Origin: Actinomycetota bacterium
Lineage (GTDB): Bacteria; Actinomycetota; Thermoleophilia; Gaiellales; Gaiellaceae
Length of the DNA: 64,000 nt
NCBI GenBank assembly: GCA_005888435.1
Contig: VAXO01000051.1
Location: 4,587 to 68,586, forward strand
Reading direction: 5' to 3'
Each line of letters starts with the position of its first letter. Position 1 is the stretch's first letter. Under the pieces are notes generated by a model. It ran no database searches. It was not told the origin of the DNA and saw nothing but the letters and a program-made list of their open reading frames with translations. The position numbers and the translations under genes are program-made. Positions 30,676 to 39,458 of the stretch are shown here, in pieces.

Positions 30676-31896
30676 CTAGTCCACGGAACGGATGCGCCGG
30701 TCGCTCAGGCCGAGCGCGAACAGCCCCGCGCAGACGGCCGAGCTGACCGCGATCAGCGTGCCCGGCGCGGCGAGCCCAGAGAGCGCCGCCCAGATCCCGA
30801 GGCCCGCGGGCAACAGCCCGAGCGAGCCGAACCAATCCATGCTGATCACGCGCGAGAGCATCTGCTGCGGCACGCGCTGCATGAGCATCGTGTCCCACAG
30901 GGTGATCGCGAAGCCGATGCAGAAACCGCGGCCGATCTGCAGCAGCGCGGCTCCGCCGTACCACGGCGACAGCCCGATCAGCGCGCCGAACGCGCTGTTC
31001 GCGACGAACAGCGTGTAGATCAGGACGCCGCGGCGGCGCTTCGGCGACGTCTGCCCGAGCACGACGCTGCCGATCACCATCCCGACGCCCTGCAGCGTGA
31101 AGAGGAGGCCGTACGCGCCGACGCCGCCGCCCCACGCGTCCTCGACGAGCTTGGGCAGCAGCACCTGAAAGGCGGCGTAGCCGACGAGCAGGACGAGCGA
31201 GAACGTTCCGATCGTGATCCACAGCCACGGCACCTTCACGACGTAGCGAAGGCCGGTCGTCAGCTCACGCCGCAGGCCCTCGCTCGGCGCGCGCTCGTGC
31301 AGGCGCGGGTGCGCAAAGGCGACGAACACGGCCGAGACGACGAATGACGCCGCGTCCACGGCGAAAATCACACTCGAGCCCGCGACGCCGTAGATGAGAC
31401 CCGCGATCGCCGGCCCGACGACGAACGCCGACTGACGGGAGATCCCGACGAGCGCGTTCGCCGAGCCGAGGCTCGGATCATCCACGAGGAGAGGCAGGAT
31501 CCCGCCGAACGCCGGCTGAAAGAGCCCGCTGCCGAGCCCGTGGAGCGCGACGAATGCGATCAGCACGCCGAAGGTGAGGTGACCGCTCGCGTCGACGAGC
31601 GCCAGCGCGGCGATCACCACCGCCCGGGCGCCGTCCGAACCGATCAGCAGCAGCTTCCGCGAGTAGCGGTCGGCGAGCACGCCGCCGATCAGCAGGGTCG
31701 TCACGAGCCCGATCGCCTCGACCATGAGCACGATCCCGAGGGAGCTCGCCTTCCCGGTCAGCGAAAAGGCACGCCAGCCGAGCGCGACGACGAATGCCGC
31801 GTCGCCGATCTGCGAGATCGTCTGTCCCGTCCAGAGCAGGCGGAAATCGCGGTGCCGGAGCGCTTCGAGGACACGTAGGCGAGGCGGGTCGGACAC
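30676..31896 (-). CDS. MFS transporter (EntS/MFS_3-like)
   Basis: 12-TM pattern; LRHRDFRLLWTGQTISQIGD. GTG 31896 preferred, because the ORF-track start overlaps the divergent gene. Confidence 0.8.
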   Translation of the reverse strand: MSDPPRLRVLEALRHRDFRLLWTGQTISQIGDAAFVVALGWRAFSLTGKASSLGIVLMVEAIGLVTTLLIGGVLADRYSRKLLLIGSDGARAVVIAALALVDASGHLTFGVLIAFVALHGLGSGLFQPAFGGILPLLVDDPSLGSANALVGISRQSAFVVGPAIAGLIYGVAGSSVIFAVDAASFVVSAVFVAFAHPRLHERAPSEGLRRELTTGLRYVVKVPWLWITIGTFSLVLLVGYAAFQVLLPKLVEDAWGGGVGAYGLLFTLQGVGMVIGSVVLGQTSPKRRRGVLIYTLFVANSAFGALIGLSPWYGGAALLQIGRGFCIGFAITLWDTMLMQRVPQQMLSRVISMDWFGSLGLLPAGLGIWAALSGLAAPGTLIAVSSAVCAGLFALGLSDRRIRSVD

Positions 31897-31919
31897 CGGC
31901 GCGAGGCTATCCTGCGCCC

Positions 31920-32765
31920 ATGCCGGATCGGATCCGCGTTGCGTGCGTTCAGATGACCAGCCGCACGGACAAGGCTGTGAACCTTGAAACGGCGGAACGG
32001 CTCGTCGCCCAAGCTGCTGCGACCGGCGCCGACATCGTCGTCCTGCCCGAGAAGTGGAACGGCATCGGGGACGCTGCGTACTACCACGAGACCGCCGAGC
32101 CGATCGGCGGCGGCGAGTCGGTGACGGCGATGTCGAGCTGGGCACGCACGCACGGCGTCACGCTCGTCGGCGGCTCGATCGTCGAGCTGCGCGACGGCCG
32201 CGACAAGCGCTCCAACACCAGCCTCGTGTTCGACTCCGACGGCGAGATCGTCGCGACGTACCGGAAGATCCACCTGTTCGACGTCGAGGTCGGCGGCGTC
32301 GTCTACCGCGAATCGGAGTCGGAGGAGCCGGGCGACGCGGCGGTGGTCGCGGACGCGGAGGACTGGAAGGTCGGGCTGTCGGTCTGCTACGACGTGCGCT
32401 TCCCCGAGCTCTACCGCATCCTCGCGCTGGAGGGCGCGCAACTCGTCACGGTTCCGGCGCACTTCACGACGCCCACAGGGAAGGATCACTGGCAGGTCCT
32501 GTTACGCGCGCGCGCGATCGAGAACCAGCTGTACGTCGCAGCGGCCGCACAGATCGGCGAGACGCTGCCGGGCAAGCCGGCCTACGGACGGTCTCTGATC
32601 GCCGACCCGTGGGGCCTGGTGCTCGCGCAGGCGCCGGACGAGGAGACGGTGATCTCCGCGGAGCTCGACCGCACGCACCTCGAGGGCATCCGCGCGAGGC
32701 TGCCGTCGCTCGCGAACCGGCAGGCGAACGCGTACCGCTGGCCGACTCCGGTCGCACCGGGTTGA
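31920..32765 (+). CDS. Carbon-nitrogen hydrolase (nitrilase superfamily, Nit/omega-amidase-like)
   Basis: RVACVQM...VVLPEKWN...YRKIHLFD...LSVCYDVRFPELYR (Glu-Lys-Cys triad context). Confidence 0.85.
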   Translation: MPDRIRVACVQMTSRTDKAVNLETAERLVAQAAATGADIVVLPEKWNGIGDAAYYHETAEPIGGGESVTAMSSWARTHGVTLVGGSIVELRDGRDKRSNTSLVFDSDGEIVATYRKIHLFDVEVGGVVYRESESEEPGDAAVVADAEDWKVGLSVCYDVRFPELYRILALEGAQLVTVPAHFTTPTGKDHWQVLLRARAIENQLYVAAAAQIGETLPGKPAYGRSLIADPWGLVLAQAPDEETVISAELDRTHLEGIRARLPSLANRQANAYRWPTPVAPG

Positions 32766-33454
32766 CCCAGCTCCGCGCCGTCCTCTTCGACGTCGACTTC
32801 ACGCTCTGCCGCCCGGGGCCGGAGCTCTCGCCCGAGCGCTACGCGCGCATTGCGTCACGTCACGGCATCGCGCTCGACGCGGCCCGCTACGACGATGCAC
32901 GCGAGGCGGCCGCACTGAACCTCAAGCGCCACCCAGAGCTTCTGCATGACGACACGATCTGGCACCGCTTCACGGCCGAGATCTTCGTCGGGATGGGCGG
33001 GCCTGAGGAGATTGCGTCCGAGTGTGCGACCGAGATCGAGCAGGGTTGGGAAGTGTCGGAGAACTTCGAGCTGTACGAGGACGCGCTCGCCGTGCTCGAC
33101 GAGCTGCGCGCCGCGCAGCTCCGTCTCGGGCTCGTCTCGAACGGGATCCGCGATCTGAGCGAGTTCGTCGCGCATCACCGGCTCGACGTCGACGCGATCG
33201 TCGGCTCGCGCGCGCACGGCTACGTGAAGCCCCACCCGACGATCTTCCAGGCGGCGCTGCAACAGCTCGATGTCGAGCCCACGGAGGCGGCGATGGTCGG
33301 GGACTCGCTCGAGGAGGACGTCGAAGGCGCCCGCGCGCTCGGCATGCGCGCCATTCTGCTGGACCGCGAGGATCGCCACCCCGAGATCGAAGAGCGGCTG
33401 ACCGATCTGTATGGGTTGCCTGCCGCGCTCGGCCTGCCACGTCCGACCCACTAG
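32762..33454 (+). CDS. HAD-superfamily hydrolase
   Basis: TTG start overlaps the nitrilase stop. AVLFDVDFTL...GLVSNG...KPHPTIFQ...MVGDSLEEDVEGA. Confidence 0.8.
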   Translation: MTQLRAVLFDVDFTLCRPGPELSPERYARIASRHGIALDAARYDDAREAAALNLKRHPELLHDDTIWHRFTAEIFVGMGGPEEIASECATEIEQGWEVSENFELYEDALAVLDELRAAQLRLGLVSNGIRDLSEFVAHHRLDVDAIVGSRAHGYVKPHPTIFQAALQQLDVEPTEAAMVGDSLEEDVEGARALGMRAILLDREDRHPEIEERLTDLYGLPAALGLPRPTH

Positions 33455-33463
33455 CATCGCGGC

Positions 33464-33892
33464 ATGCCCGCGTGGCTGATCTGGGCACTGGCGGCGGTCC
33501 TGCTGACGGTCGGGGAGATCCTGACGCCGGGGATGTTCTTTCTCGGCCCGGTTGCGCTCGCCGCAGTCGCGGCCGGCGTCGCGGCGGCGGTCGGGCTCGG
33601 GGTCGTCGTCCAGTTGCTCGTGTTCATCGCGGGGTCGCTCACGAGCCTGCTGTTCCTCAGGCCGATCGCCCGCCGGCATCTACGCATGCCAGCGGCGATC
33701 AGGACCGGCGCGGCCGCGCTCGAGGGCGCGAAGGCGGTGGTGGTGCAGCGCGTCGACGCGAACGGCGGCCGCGTCCGCATCGGCGGAGAGGAATGGTCGG
33801 CGCGCGCCTACATGGAAGACCAGGTGCTCGAGCCGGGCGCACGTGTCGAAGTCGTGAAGATCGAGGGCGCCACGGCGCTCGTCTACGAGTAA
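33464..33892 (+). CDS. NfeD-family membrane protein
   Basis: TM-rich N-terminus, then GAKAVVVQRVDANGGRVRIGGEEWSARA...GARVEVVKIEGATALV. Immediately upstream of the SPFH gene. Confidence 0.85.
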   Translation: MPAWLIWALAAVLLTVGEILTPGMFFLGPVALAAVAAGVAAAVGLGVVVQLLVFIAGSLTSLLFLRPIARRHLRMPAAIRTGAAALEGAKAVVVQRVDANGGRVRIGGEEWSARAYMEDQVLEPGARVEVVKIEGATALVYE

Positions 33893-33903
33893 GGAGAGCT
33901 TAG

Positions 33904-34782
33904 ATGGCCGGTCTCATCATCCTCCTCGTCGTTGCAGCGCTTGTGCTCCTGACGCTCGCGCGCACCATTCGCATCGTTCCGCAGGCCCGCGCAGGCGTCG
34001 TCGAGCGGCTCGGCCGCTATTCGAGGACGCTGACCCCGGGGCTGACGATCGTCGTCCCGTTTATCGACCGCATTCGCGACATGATCGACTTGCGCGAGCA
34101 GGTCGTCTCGTTCGATCCCCAGCCGGTGATCACCGAGGACAACCTCGTCGTCAACATCGACACGGTCATCTACTTCCAGGTGACGAACGCGAAAGACGCG
34201 ACCTACGAGATCGCCAACTACATCCAGGGGATCGAGCAGCTCACCGTCACGACGCTACGCAACGTGATCGGCGGCCTCGAGCTGGAGGACACGCTGACGT
34301 CGCGCGACAACATCAATGCCCAGCTGCGGGGCGTGCTCGACGAGGCGACCGGCAAGTGGGGCATCCGGGTCAACCGCGTCGAGATAAAAGCGATCGATCC
34401 GCCCGCGACGATCAAGGACTCGATGGAGAAGCAGATGCGTGCCGAGCGCGACAAACGCGCCGCCATCCTCACCGCCGAGGGTGTCAAGCAGTCGCAGATC
34501 CTCACCGCCGAGGGCGAGAAGCAGAGCGCCATCCTGCGCGCCGAAGGGCAGAGGCAGGCGGCGATCCTCGGAGCGGAAGGTCAGGCGAAGGCGATCGACA
34601 CGGTGTTCCGCGCGATCCACGAGGGGAACCCGGACCCGAAGCTGCTCGCGTACCAGTACCTACAGGTCCTGCCGCAGATTGCGCAGGGGGAGTCGAACAA
34701 GGTCTGGATCATTCCCAGCGAGGTGACGCAGGCGCTCGGGCAGCTCACGTCAGCCCTGCCGGGCGGTCAGAAGGACGCCTAG
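33904..34782 (+). CDS. SPFH/band-7 (stomatin-like) protein
   Basis: IRIVPQARAGVVERLGRYSRTLTPGL..VVPFIDRI...VITEDNL.V.IDTVIYFQV. Confidence 0.92.
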   Translation: MAGLIILLVVAALVLLTLARTIRIVPQARAGVVERLGRYSRTLTPGLTIVVPFIDRIRDMIDLREQVVSFDPQPVITEDNLVVNIDTVIYFQVTNAKDATYEIANYIQGIEQLTVTTLRNVIGGLELEDTLTSRDNINAQLRGVLDEATGKWGIRVNRVEIKAIDPPATIKDSMEKQMRAERDKRAAILTAEGVKQSQILTAEGEKQSAILRAEGQRQAAILGAEGQAKAIDTVFRAIHEGNPDPKLLAYQYLQVLPQIAQGESNKVWIIPSEVTQALGQLTSALPGGQKDA

Positions 34783-35600
34783 CGGTTGAGCTCGACGACC
34801 TGGCTCGGGTCGGGCGGCCGGACGTCGACCTTGATGCCGAACGCATAGAGGTCTTCCGTCATCGACATCGTGAACGCCCCACCGACCGGGGTGTTGTACG
34901 ACATGTCGATCCTGAGACGGCGAACGCGGCCGGCGTTGTCGATCCACGCCTCGCCGGGGTACGAGCTGATGCCGGTCAGCTCGCGGACGGTGTCGAACGT
35001 CTGCCGCAGCTCCTTGTGCTCCTTCGCGAGCCGCGCGAGGTCGACGTTGAAGGTGTAGTGCGTCGTGAAGACGCCGCGGACGCGGTCATAGCCGATCGGG
35101 TGCGCGTCGGTGGACGCGGTGAGCATCGCGAGCGAGCGCGACGGATCGGCCTGCGTGGAGTTCATGACCGCCTCGAGGTCGATGCCTTCCTTCTTCGCGG
35201 CCTTGGCGACGTCGACCCTGATCCACCGGTTGCCCGCGAGTGCCGCGAAGAGCGGCGAGCGCATGTACATCACGAGGCCGTGGCGGCCGTCCATGATCAT
35301 CTGCATCGTCGGATCGACGGCGCCAAGCTGCGCCTGTGCGGCCTGAGGAAGCTGGAAACGCATGTTGAGCGCTCCGGAGCGCGTGTGGCCGTCGAACACC
35401 CCGGCGCCGCTGAAGGCCATGCCGCCGACGCCGTCGACATCCATGGTCGCCGTGAAAGCGACGCGCGACGACTCGGACTGCGCCGTCTTCGTCGCGGCGC
35501 TCGCGACGGGATCGAACGAGAGCGTGTCGCCGCCGCAGCCTGCGAGCGCGGTCGCGGACGCTGCAACGCACAGCAACGACACGATGGGGCGCACGGTCAT
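34779..35600 (-). CDS. Lipoprotein of unknown function
   Basis: Lipobox SATALAGCGG. No family recognised. Confidence 0.65.
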   Translation of the reverse strand: MTVRPIVSLLCVAASATALAGCGGDTLSFDPVASAATKTAQSESSRVAFTATMDVDGVGGMAFSGAGVFDGHTRSGALNMRFQLPQAAQAQLGAVDPTMQMIMDGRHGLVMYMRSPLFAALAGNRWIRVDVAKAAKKEGIDLEAVMNSTQADPSRSLAMLTASTDAHPIGYDRVRGVFTTHYTFNVDLARLAKEHKELRQTFDTVRELTGISSYPGEAWIDNAGRVRRLRIDMSYNTPVGGAFTMSMTEDLYAFGIKVDVRPPDPSQVVELNR

Positions 35601-35632
35601 CTGGTGAAAATCGTCGTCCGCGTTGCCCGCGG

Positions 35633-36514
35633 TTATCCCTCGAAAGAGGCACGCGCTTCAGCGAGCGTGGCGACCGGCCCTGCCATCACGTCCTCGCCCT
35701 CGAACAGCTCGAGCCATTCGGCGAGGGTGCGCGCCCGGAAGACGGCGACGAGCTCTGCGGCGAGCGCGTCCTGGTCCTCCTCGTACTGGCGGTCGACCAG
35801 ATCCTCGCGACCGACGACCTCGCACAAGCGCCGCCAGAACTTCGGCTCGACCGGTGTGATCGTCAGGTAACGCGCGTCCGCGGTCGCGTAGATGCGGTAG
35901 CACGCGAGCGCGCCGGTCAGTGTCCGTTCCGGCTCGCCGTGCAGGCGGTGCTCGGCAAGACGGTGCGCGTTGTGCGTCATCGAGACGTCGATGCGCCGTC
36001 CGCGTCCGGTGCGCTCCCGCTCGAGGAGCGCCGCGAGGATCTCGACCACGGCGTACAGCGCGCCCCCCGCGAGGTCGGCGATCTGCACCGGCGGCAACGC
36101 GGGCGCGGTGTCGGCGAGCAGGCCTGCCCAGCCCTGGTAGTTGAGGTCGTGTCCCGCGCGGCGGTCGTCCGGTCCAAAGCCGGTGATCGAGCAGTACACG
36201 ACCGATTCGGGGACGTCGCTGGCGCCGATGCCGAGACGGTCGGCCACGCCCGGCCTGAAGCCCTCGAGGACGACGTCGGCCTGCGCGCAGATCGTGCGCC
36301 CGAGCTCGGGCGCACGGTCGAGATCCCAGACGACCGATTCCTTCCCGGCGTTCAGCGCCTCGTGCCAGCCGGGCGCGACGTCGCGCATGGGATCTCCGCC
36401 CGGCGCCTCGACACGGACCACGCGTGCGCCGCGCTCCAGCAGCTCGCGGCTTGCGAATGGGCCGGGAAGGTAGCGCGTGAAGTCCGCGACGACGATCCCG
36501 GCAAGAGGCTCCAC
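35633..36514 (-). CDS. CoA-transferase family III (CaiB/BaiF-like)
   Basis: LAGIVVADFTRYLPGPFASRELLERGARVVRVEAPGGDPMR. Confidence 0.85.
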   Translation of the reverse strand: MEPLAGIVVADFTRYLPGPFASRELLERGARVVRVEAPGGDPMRDVAPGWHEALNAGKESVVWDLDRAPELGRTICAQADVVLEGFRPGVADRLGIGASDVPESVVYCSITGFGPDDRRAGHDLNYQGWAGLLADTAPALPPVQIADLAGGALYAVVEILAALLERERTGRGRRIDVSMTHNAHRLAEHRLHGEPERTLTGALACYRIYATADARYLTITPVEPKFWRRLCEVVGREDLVDRQYEEDQDALAAELVAVFRARTLAEWLELFEGEDVMAGPVATLAEARASFEG

Positions 36515-36515
36515 T

Positions 36516-37145
36516 ATGCTGCGTACATTGACTGACCGGTCAACAGGTCAGGAGGACAAGCGGCGCCTCATCCTCGACGCAGCCGTGCGCGTGTTCGCGC
36601 GTAAGGGCTACCACGCCTCGCGCGTGGGCGACATCGCGGAGGAGGCGGGTGTAGCGCACGGGCTGCTGTACCACTACTTCCGGTCGAAGGAGGAGCTGCT
36701 CGAGACGATCTTCCGCGAGACGTGGCGCGACGTTCTCGACGCGGTGCGCGCGGTCGAGGAGACCGACGAGAGTGCGCGCGAGCGGCTCGCGGGCGTCGCC
36801 AAGATCCTGCTGCGCGCGTGGCGCCGCGATCCCGATCTCGTGCGCGTGCTCGTGCGCGAGGTGACACGCGGCTCGCATCTGCAGCGGCGGATCGACGAGA
36901 TCGATCAGGCCTTCGCCGGGCTCGAGCGCATCATCGCGCGAGGGCAGGAGGAAGGCGAGTTCCGCGCCGACCTCGACCCCCGCATGGTCAGCTATGTCTT
37001 CTACGGTGCGCTGGAGGAGATCCTGACGGGGTGGGTGCTCGGCCAGCTCGAGGACGGCGACGAGCAGATCGCGGCCGCCGAGCACACCGTCATCGATGTT
37101 GTTTGCGGCGGTCTGACCCCCGATCGCGAGGCGGCGCCGCTCTAG
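36516..37145 (+). CDS. TetR-family transcriptional regulator
   Basis: ATG 36516. RRLILDAAVRVFARKGYHASRVGDIAEEAGVAHGLLYHYFRSKEELL. Confidence 0.9.
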   Translation: MLRTLTDRSTGQEDKRRLILDAAVRVFARKGYHASRVGDIAEEAGVAHGLLYHYFRSKEELLETIFRETWRDVLDAVRAVEETDESARERLAGVAKILLRAWRRDPDLVRVLVREVTRGSHLQRRIDEIDQAFAGLERIIARGQEEGEFRADLDPRMVSYVFYGALEEILTGWVLGQLEDGDEQIAAAEHTVIDVVCGGLTPDREAAPL

Positions 37146-37149
37146 CTTC

Positions 37150-38421
37150 GTGGCACAGCTGACTGCTCAGGCGACGGCGCGCACACCGCCCGTTCGCACC
37201 TCGCTGTACTGGACGCTCGGCCTGGGGGCATTCGGGCTCGCGTTCTCGATCACGACGACGGCCGCGTACCTGCCGCCGCTGCTCGACCGCTTCACCGATT
37301 CCGGCACGCTGATCGGCCTCGTGCTGGGCGCGGAAGGCGTCTTCGCACTGACGCTGTCGCCGGTGATCGGGCCGTGGAGCGACACGTTTCACACGCCACT
37401 CGGACGCCGGCGTCCGTTCATGCTTGCCGCACTCGGCCCGATGGCGTTCTGCCTCTTGCTGTTGCCGTTCATGCCGAACCTCTGGACGACGACGCTGATC
37501 GTGCTCGCGTTTTTCTTCGCGTACTACGTCTACGAACCGCCATACCGCGGCCTGTATCCCGATCTGCTCCCGCCCTCCACGTACGGCCGCGCGCAGGGAA
37601 TCCAGCACGTGCTGCGCGGCATCGCCCTCGGTGCCGCGCTCGTCGGAGGCGGGTTCCTGCTCAAAGCGTGGCATGCGGCGCCCTTCGTGCTCGCCGCGTT
37701 CGTGACGACTGCGGCCTGCGGCGCTGCGATCCTCTGGGTGCGCGAGGACGGCGGCCACGGCCGCGTCTTCGAAGGTGTCGGCGCGTATTTCAAGCGCAGC
37801 TGGTCCATCCTCGCCGAGGAGACGGAGGTGCGCCGGTTCCTGATCGCGAACGCGGCGTGGGAGGGGACGTTCGCAGCGGCGCGCACGTTCGTCGTCCTCT
37901 ACATCATCGAGGGCCTGCACGAGACGAAGGCGATCTCGTCGGCAGTGCTGGGCGCCGTCGCGACGGGATACGTGATCGCCGCGCTCGTCGCGGGACGGCT
38001 CGGCGATCGCTTCGGGATCGCGCGCGTGATCTTCTTCGCATCGTTCGTGTACGGCGGCGGCTTCATCGTCGCGGGCCTCGCGACGACGTGGCACACCTGG
38101 TATTTCGGGCTGATCGTCCCCGTTTCGATCGCCGGCGGCACCGTGATGACACTTGCATGGGGACTGCTGTTCAAGCTCATGCCTGCCGAGCACCGCGGCG
38201 CGATCTCTGGGCTCGCGACGACGACGAAGGGACTGGGCCTGCTGCTCGGCGCGCCCGTCGCAGGCGCCGCGATCGACCTCGCGCGCCCGTTCCTGAGCGG
38301 GACGTCGGGATACCAGGTGCTCTGGATCGTGTGCGGGATCCCGATCCTCGCCGCGATCCCGCTGGTCGCCCGGATGATGCGCATCGAGCCGACCGGCAAG
38401 GTCGAGCCGACGGTCGGCTGA
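37150..38421 (+). CDS. MFS transporter (GPH/SLC45-like signature)
   Basis: 12-TM pattern; GPWSDTFHTPLGRRRPFM. Confidence 0.8.
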   Translation: MAQLTAQATARTPPVRTSLYWTLGLGAFGLAFSITTTAAYLPPLLDRFTDSGTLIGLVLGAEGVFALTLSPVIGPWSDTFHTPLGRRRPFMLAALGPMAFCLLLLPFMPNLWTTTLIVLAFFFAYYVYEPPYRGLYPDLLPPSTYGRAQGIQHVLRGIALGAALVGGGFLLKAWHAAPFVLAAFVTTAACGAAILWVREDGGHGRVFEGVGAYFKRSWSILAEETEVRRFLIANAAWEGTFAAARTFVVLYIIEGLHETKAISSAVLGAVATGYVIAALVAGRLGDRFGIARVIFFASFVYGGGFIVAGLATTWHTWYFGLIVPVSIAGGTVMTLAWGLLFKLMPAEHRGAISGLATTTKGLGLLLGAPVAGAAIDLARPFLSGTSGYQVLWIVCGIPILAAIPLVARMMRIEPTGKVEPTVG

Positions 38422-39425
38422 TGGCGCTCTACGAACGGCTGCGCGACCTCGAGCTGGTCGTCGAGGAGGTGCGGAGCGAGCGGCGCTCGGTGGAGGTCTC
38501 GTCCGAGTTCACGCGGGTGACGACGCTGGTCGTGCTGGCCGGGCGCGGGCAGGAAGGCCGCGGGGAGGACGTCACGTACACCGCGGAGGATCACGACTGG
38601 TTCCCGTCGCTGGACCCGCCGGGGGCGGTGAGTCTGGGTGCGTTCTCCGCGGCGCTGGATTCCCTCGCGCTCTTCGCGGGTGAGCCGAAGATGGCGGCGT
38701 CGCGCGACTACCGGCGCTGGGCGTTCGAGAGCGCGGCGTTGGATCTGGCGCTCCGGCAGGCGGGAGCGTCGCTGGGCCAGGCGGTCGAGCGCGAGTACCG
38801 ACCGGTTCGCTTCGTCGTGTCGACGCGTGGCGACGCGTTCGCGTGGCTCGCTGGAGCGCCCGAGCTCGAGCTGAAGCTCGATCCAGAGCCGGAGTGGGAC
38901 CGCTCGTTCATGGAACGCCTGGCGGCGACCGGGCGCGTGCGCGTGCTCGACCTGAAGGCGTACTACCGCGGCACAGTCGTCGACCTCGAGCCGGATCCCG
39001 GGCTGTATGCCCGGGTCGTCGAGCTGTTTCCCGACGTCGTGATCGAGGACGCGTCCCTGGACGGCGAGTGCGGCCGGGTGCTGCGTGGTCAGGAGAAGCG
39101 GCTGAGCTTCGACGCGCCGATCCACTCCGTGGCGGACGTGCGCGCGCTGCCGGTCGAGCCGGGGTGGATGAACATCAAGCCCTCGCGGTTCGGAACGGTC
39201 GAACGGCTGCTCGAGTGCATCGAGCACTGCGACGAGAGCGCGATTCGCCTGTACGGCGGCGGGCAGTTCGAGCTCGATGTCGGGCGCCGCCAGATCCAGG
39301 CGCTCGCCTCGCTCTTCTATCCCGACGGCCCGAACGACGTGGCGCCGAGCGAGTACAACGCCGGCGGCCCGCGTTCCGGGCTCCCGCAGAGTCCTCTGCC
39401 CGCCCCAGTCGGCAACGGGTTCTAA
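38421..39425 (+). CDS. Enolase-superfamily-like (MR/MLE barrel) protein
   Basis: ATG in a TGATG overlap with the MFS gene. Strand-end residues LELKLDP, VRVLDLK, VVIEDAS, LSFDAP, MNIKPSRFG fit the barrel pattern. Confidence 0.55.
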   Translation: MALYERLRDLELVVEEVRSERRSVEVSSEFTRVTTLVVLAGRGQEGRGEDVTYTAEDHDWFPSLDPPGAVSLGAFSAALDSLALFAGEPKMAASRDYRRWAFESAALDLALRQAGASLGQAVEREYRPVRFVVSTRGDAFAWLAGAPELELKLDPEPEWDRSFMERLAATGRVRVLDLKAYYRGTVVDLEPDPGLYARVVELFPDVVIEDASLDGECGRVLRGQEKRLSFDAPIHSVADVRALPVEPGWMNIKPSRFGTVERLLECIEHCDESAIRLYGGGQFELDVGRRQIQALASLFYPDGPNDVAPSEYNAGGPRSGLPQSPLPAPVGNGF

Positions 39426-39430
39426 AGGCT

Positions 39431-39458
39431 GGGGTCAGACCCCTTCGGGGTCAGACCC
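39431..39458. repeat. Tandem palindromic dyads GGGGTCAGACCCC-TTC-GGGGTCAGACCC (REP-like, copy 2)
   Basis: Read directly. Lies between convergent genes, and the acyl-CoA dehydrogenase (ACAD) stop codon lies inside the second dyad. Confidence 0.85.

Noticed and set aside
37374-38420. First half of the 683-aa ORF 37374-39425.
   Set aside because: It is an alternative frame of the MFS transporter gene. Only the part from ATG 38421 has coherent, non-Arg-rich protein sequence.
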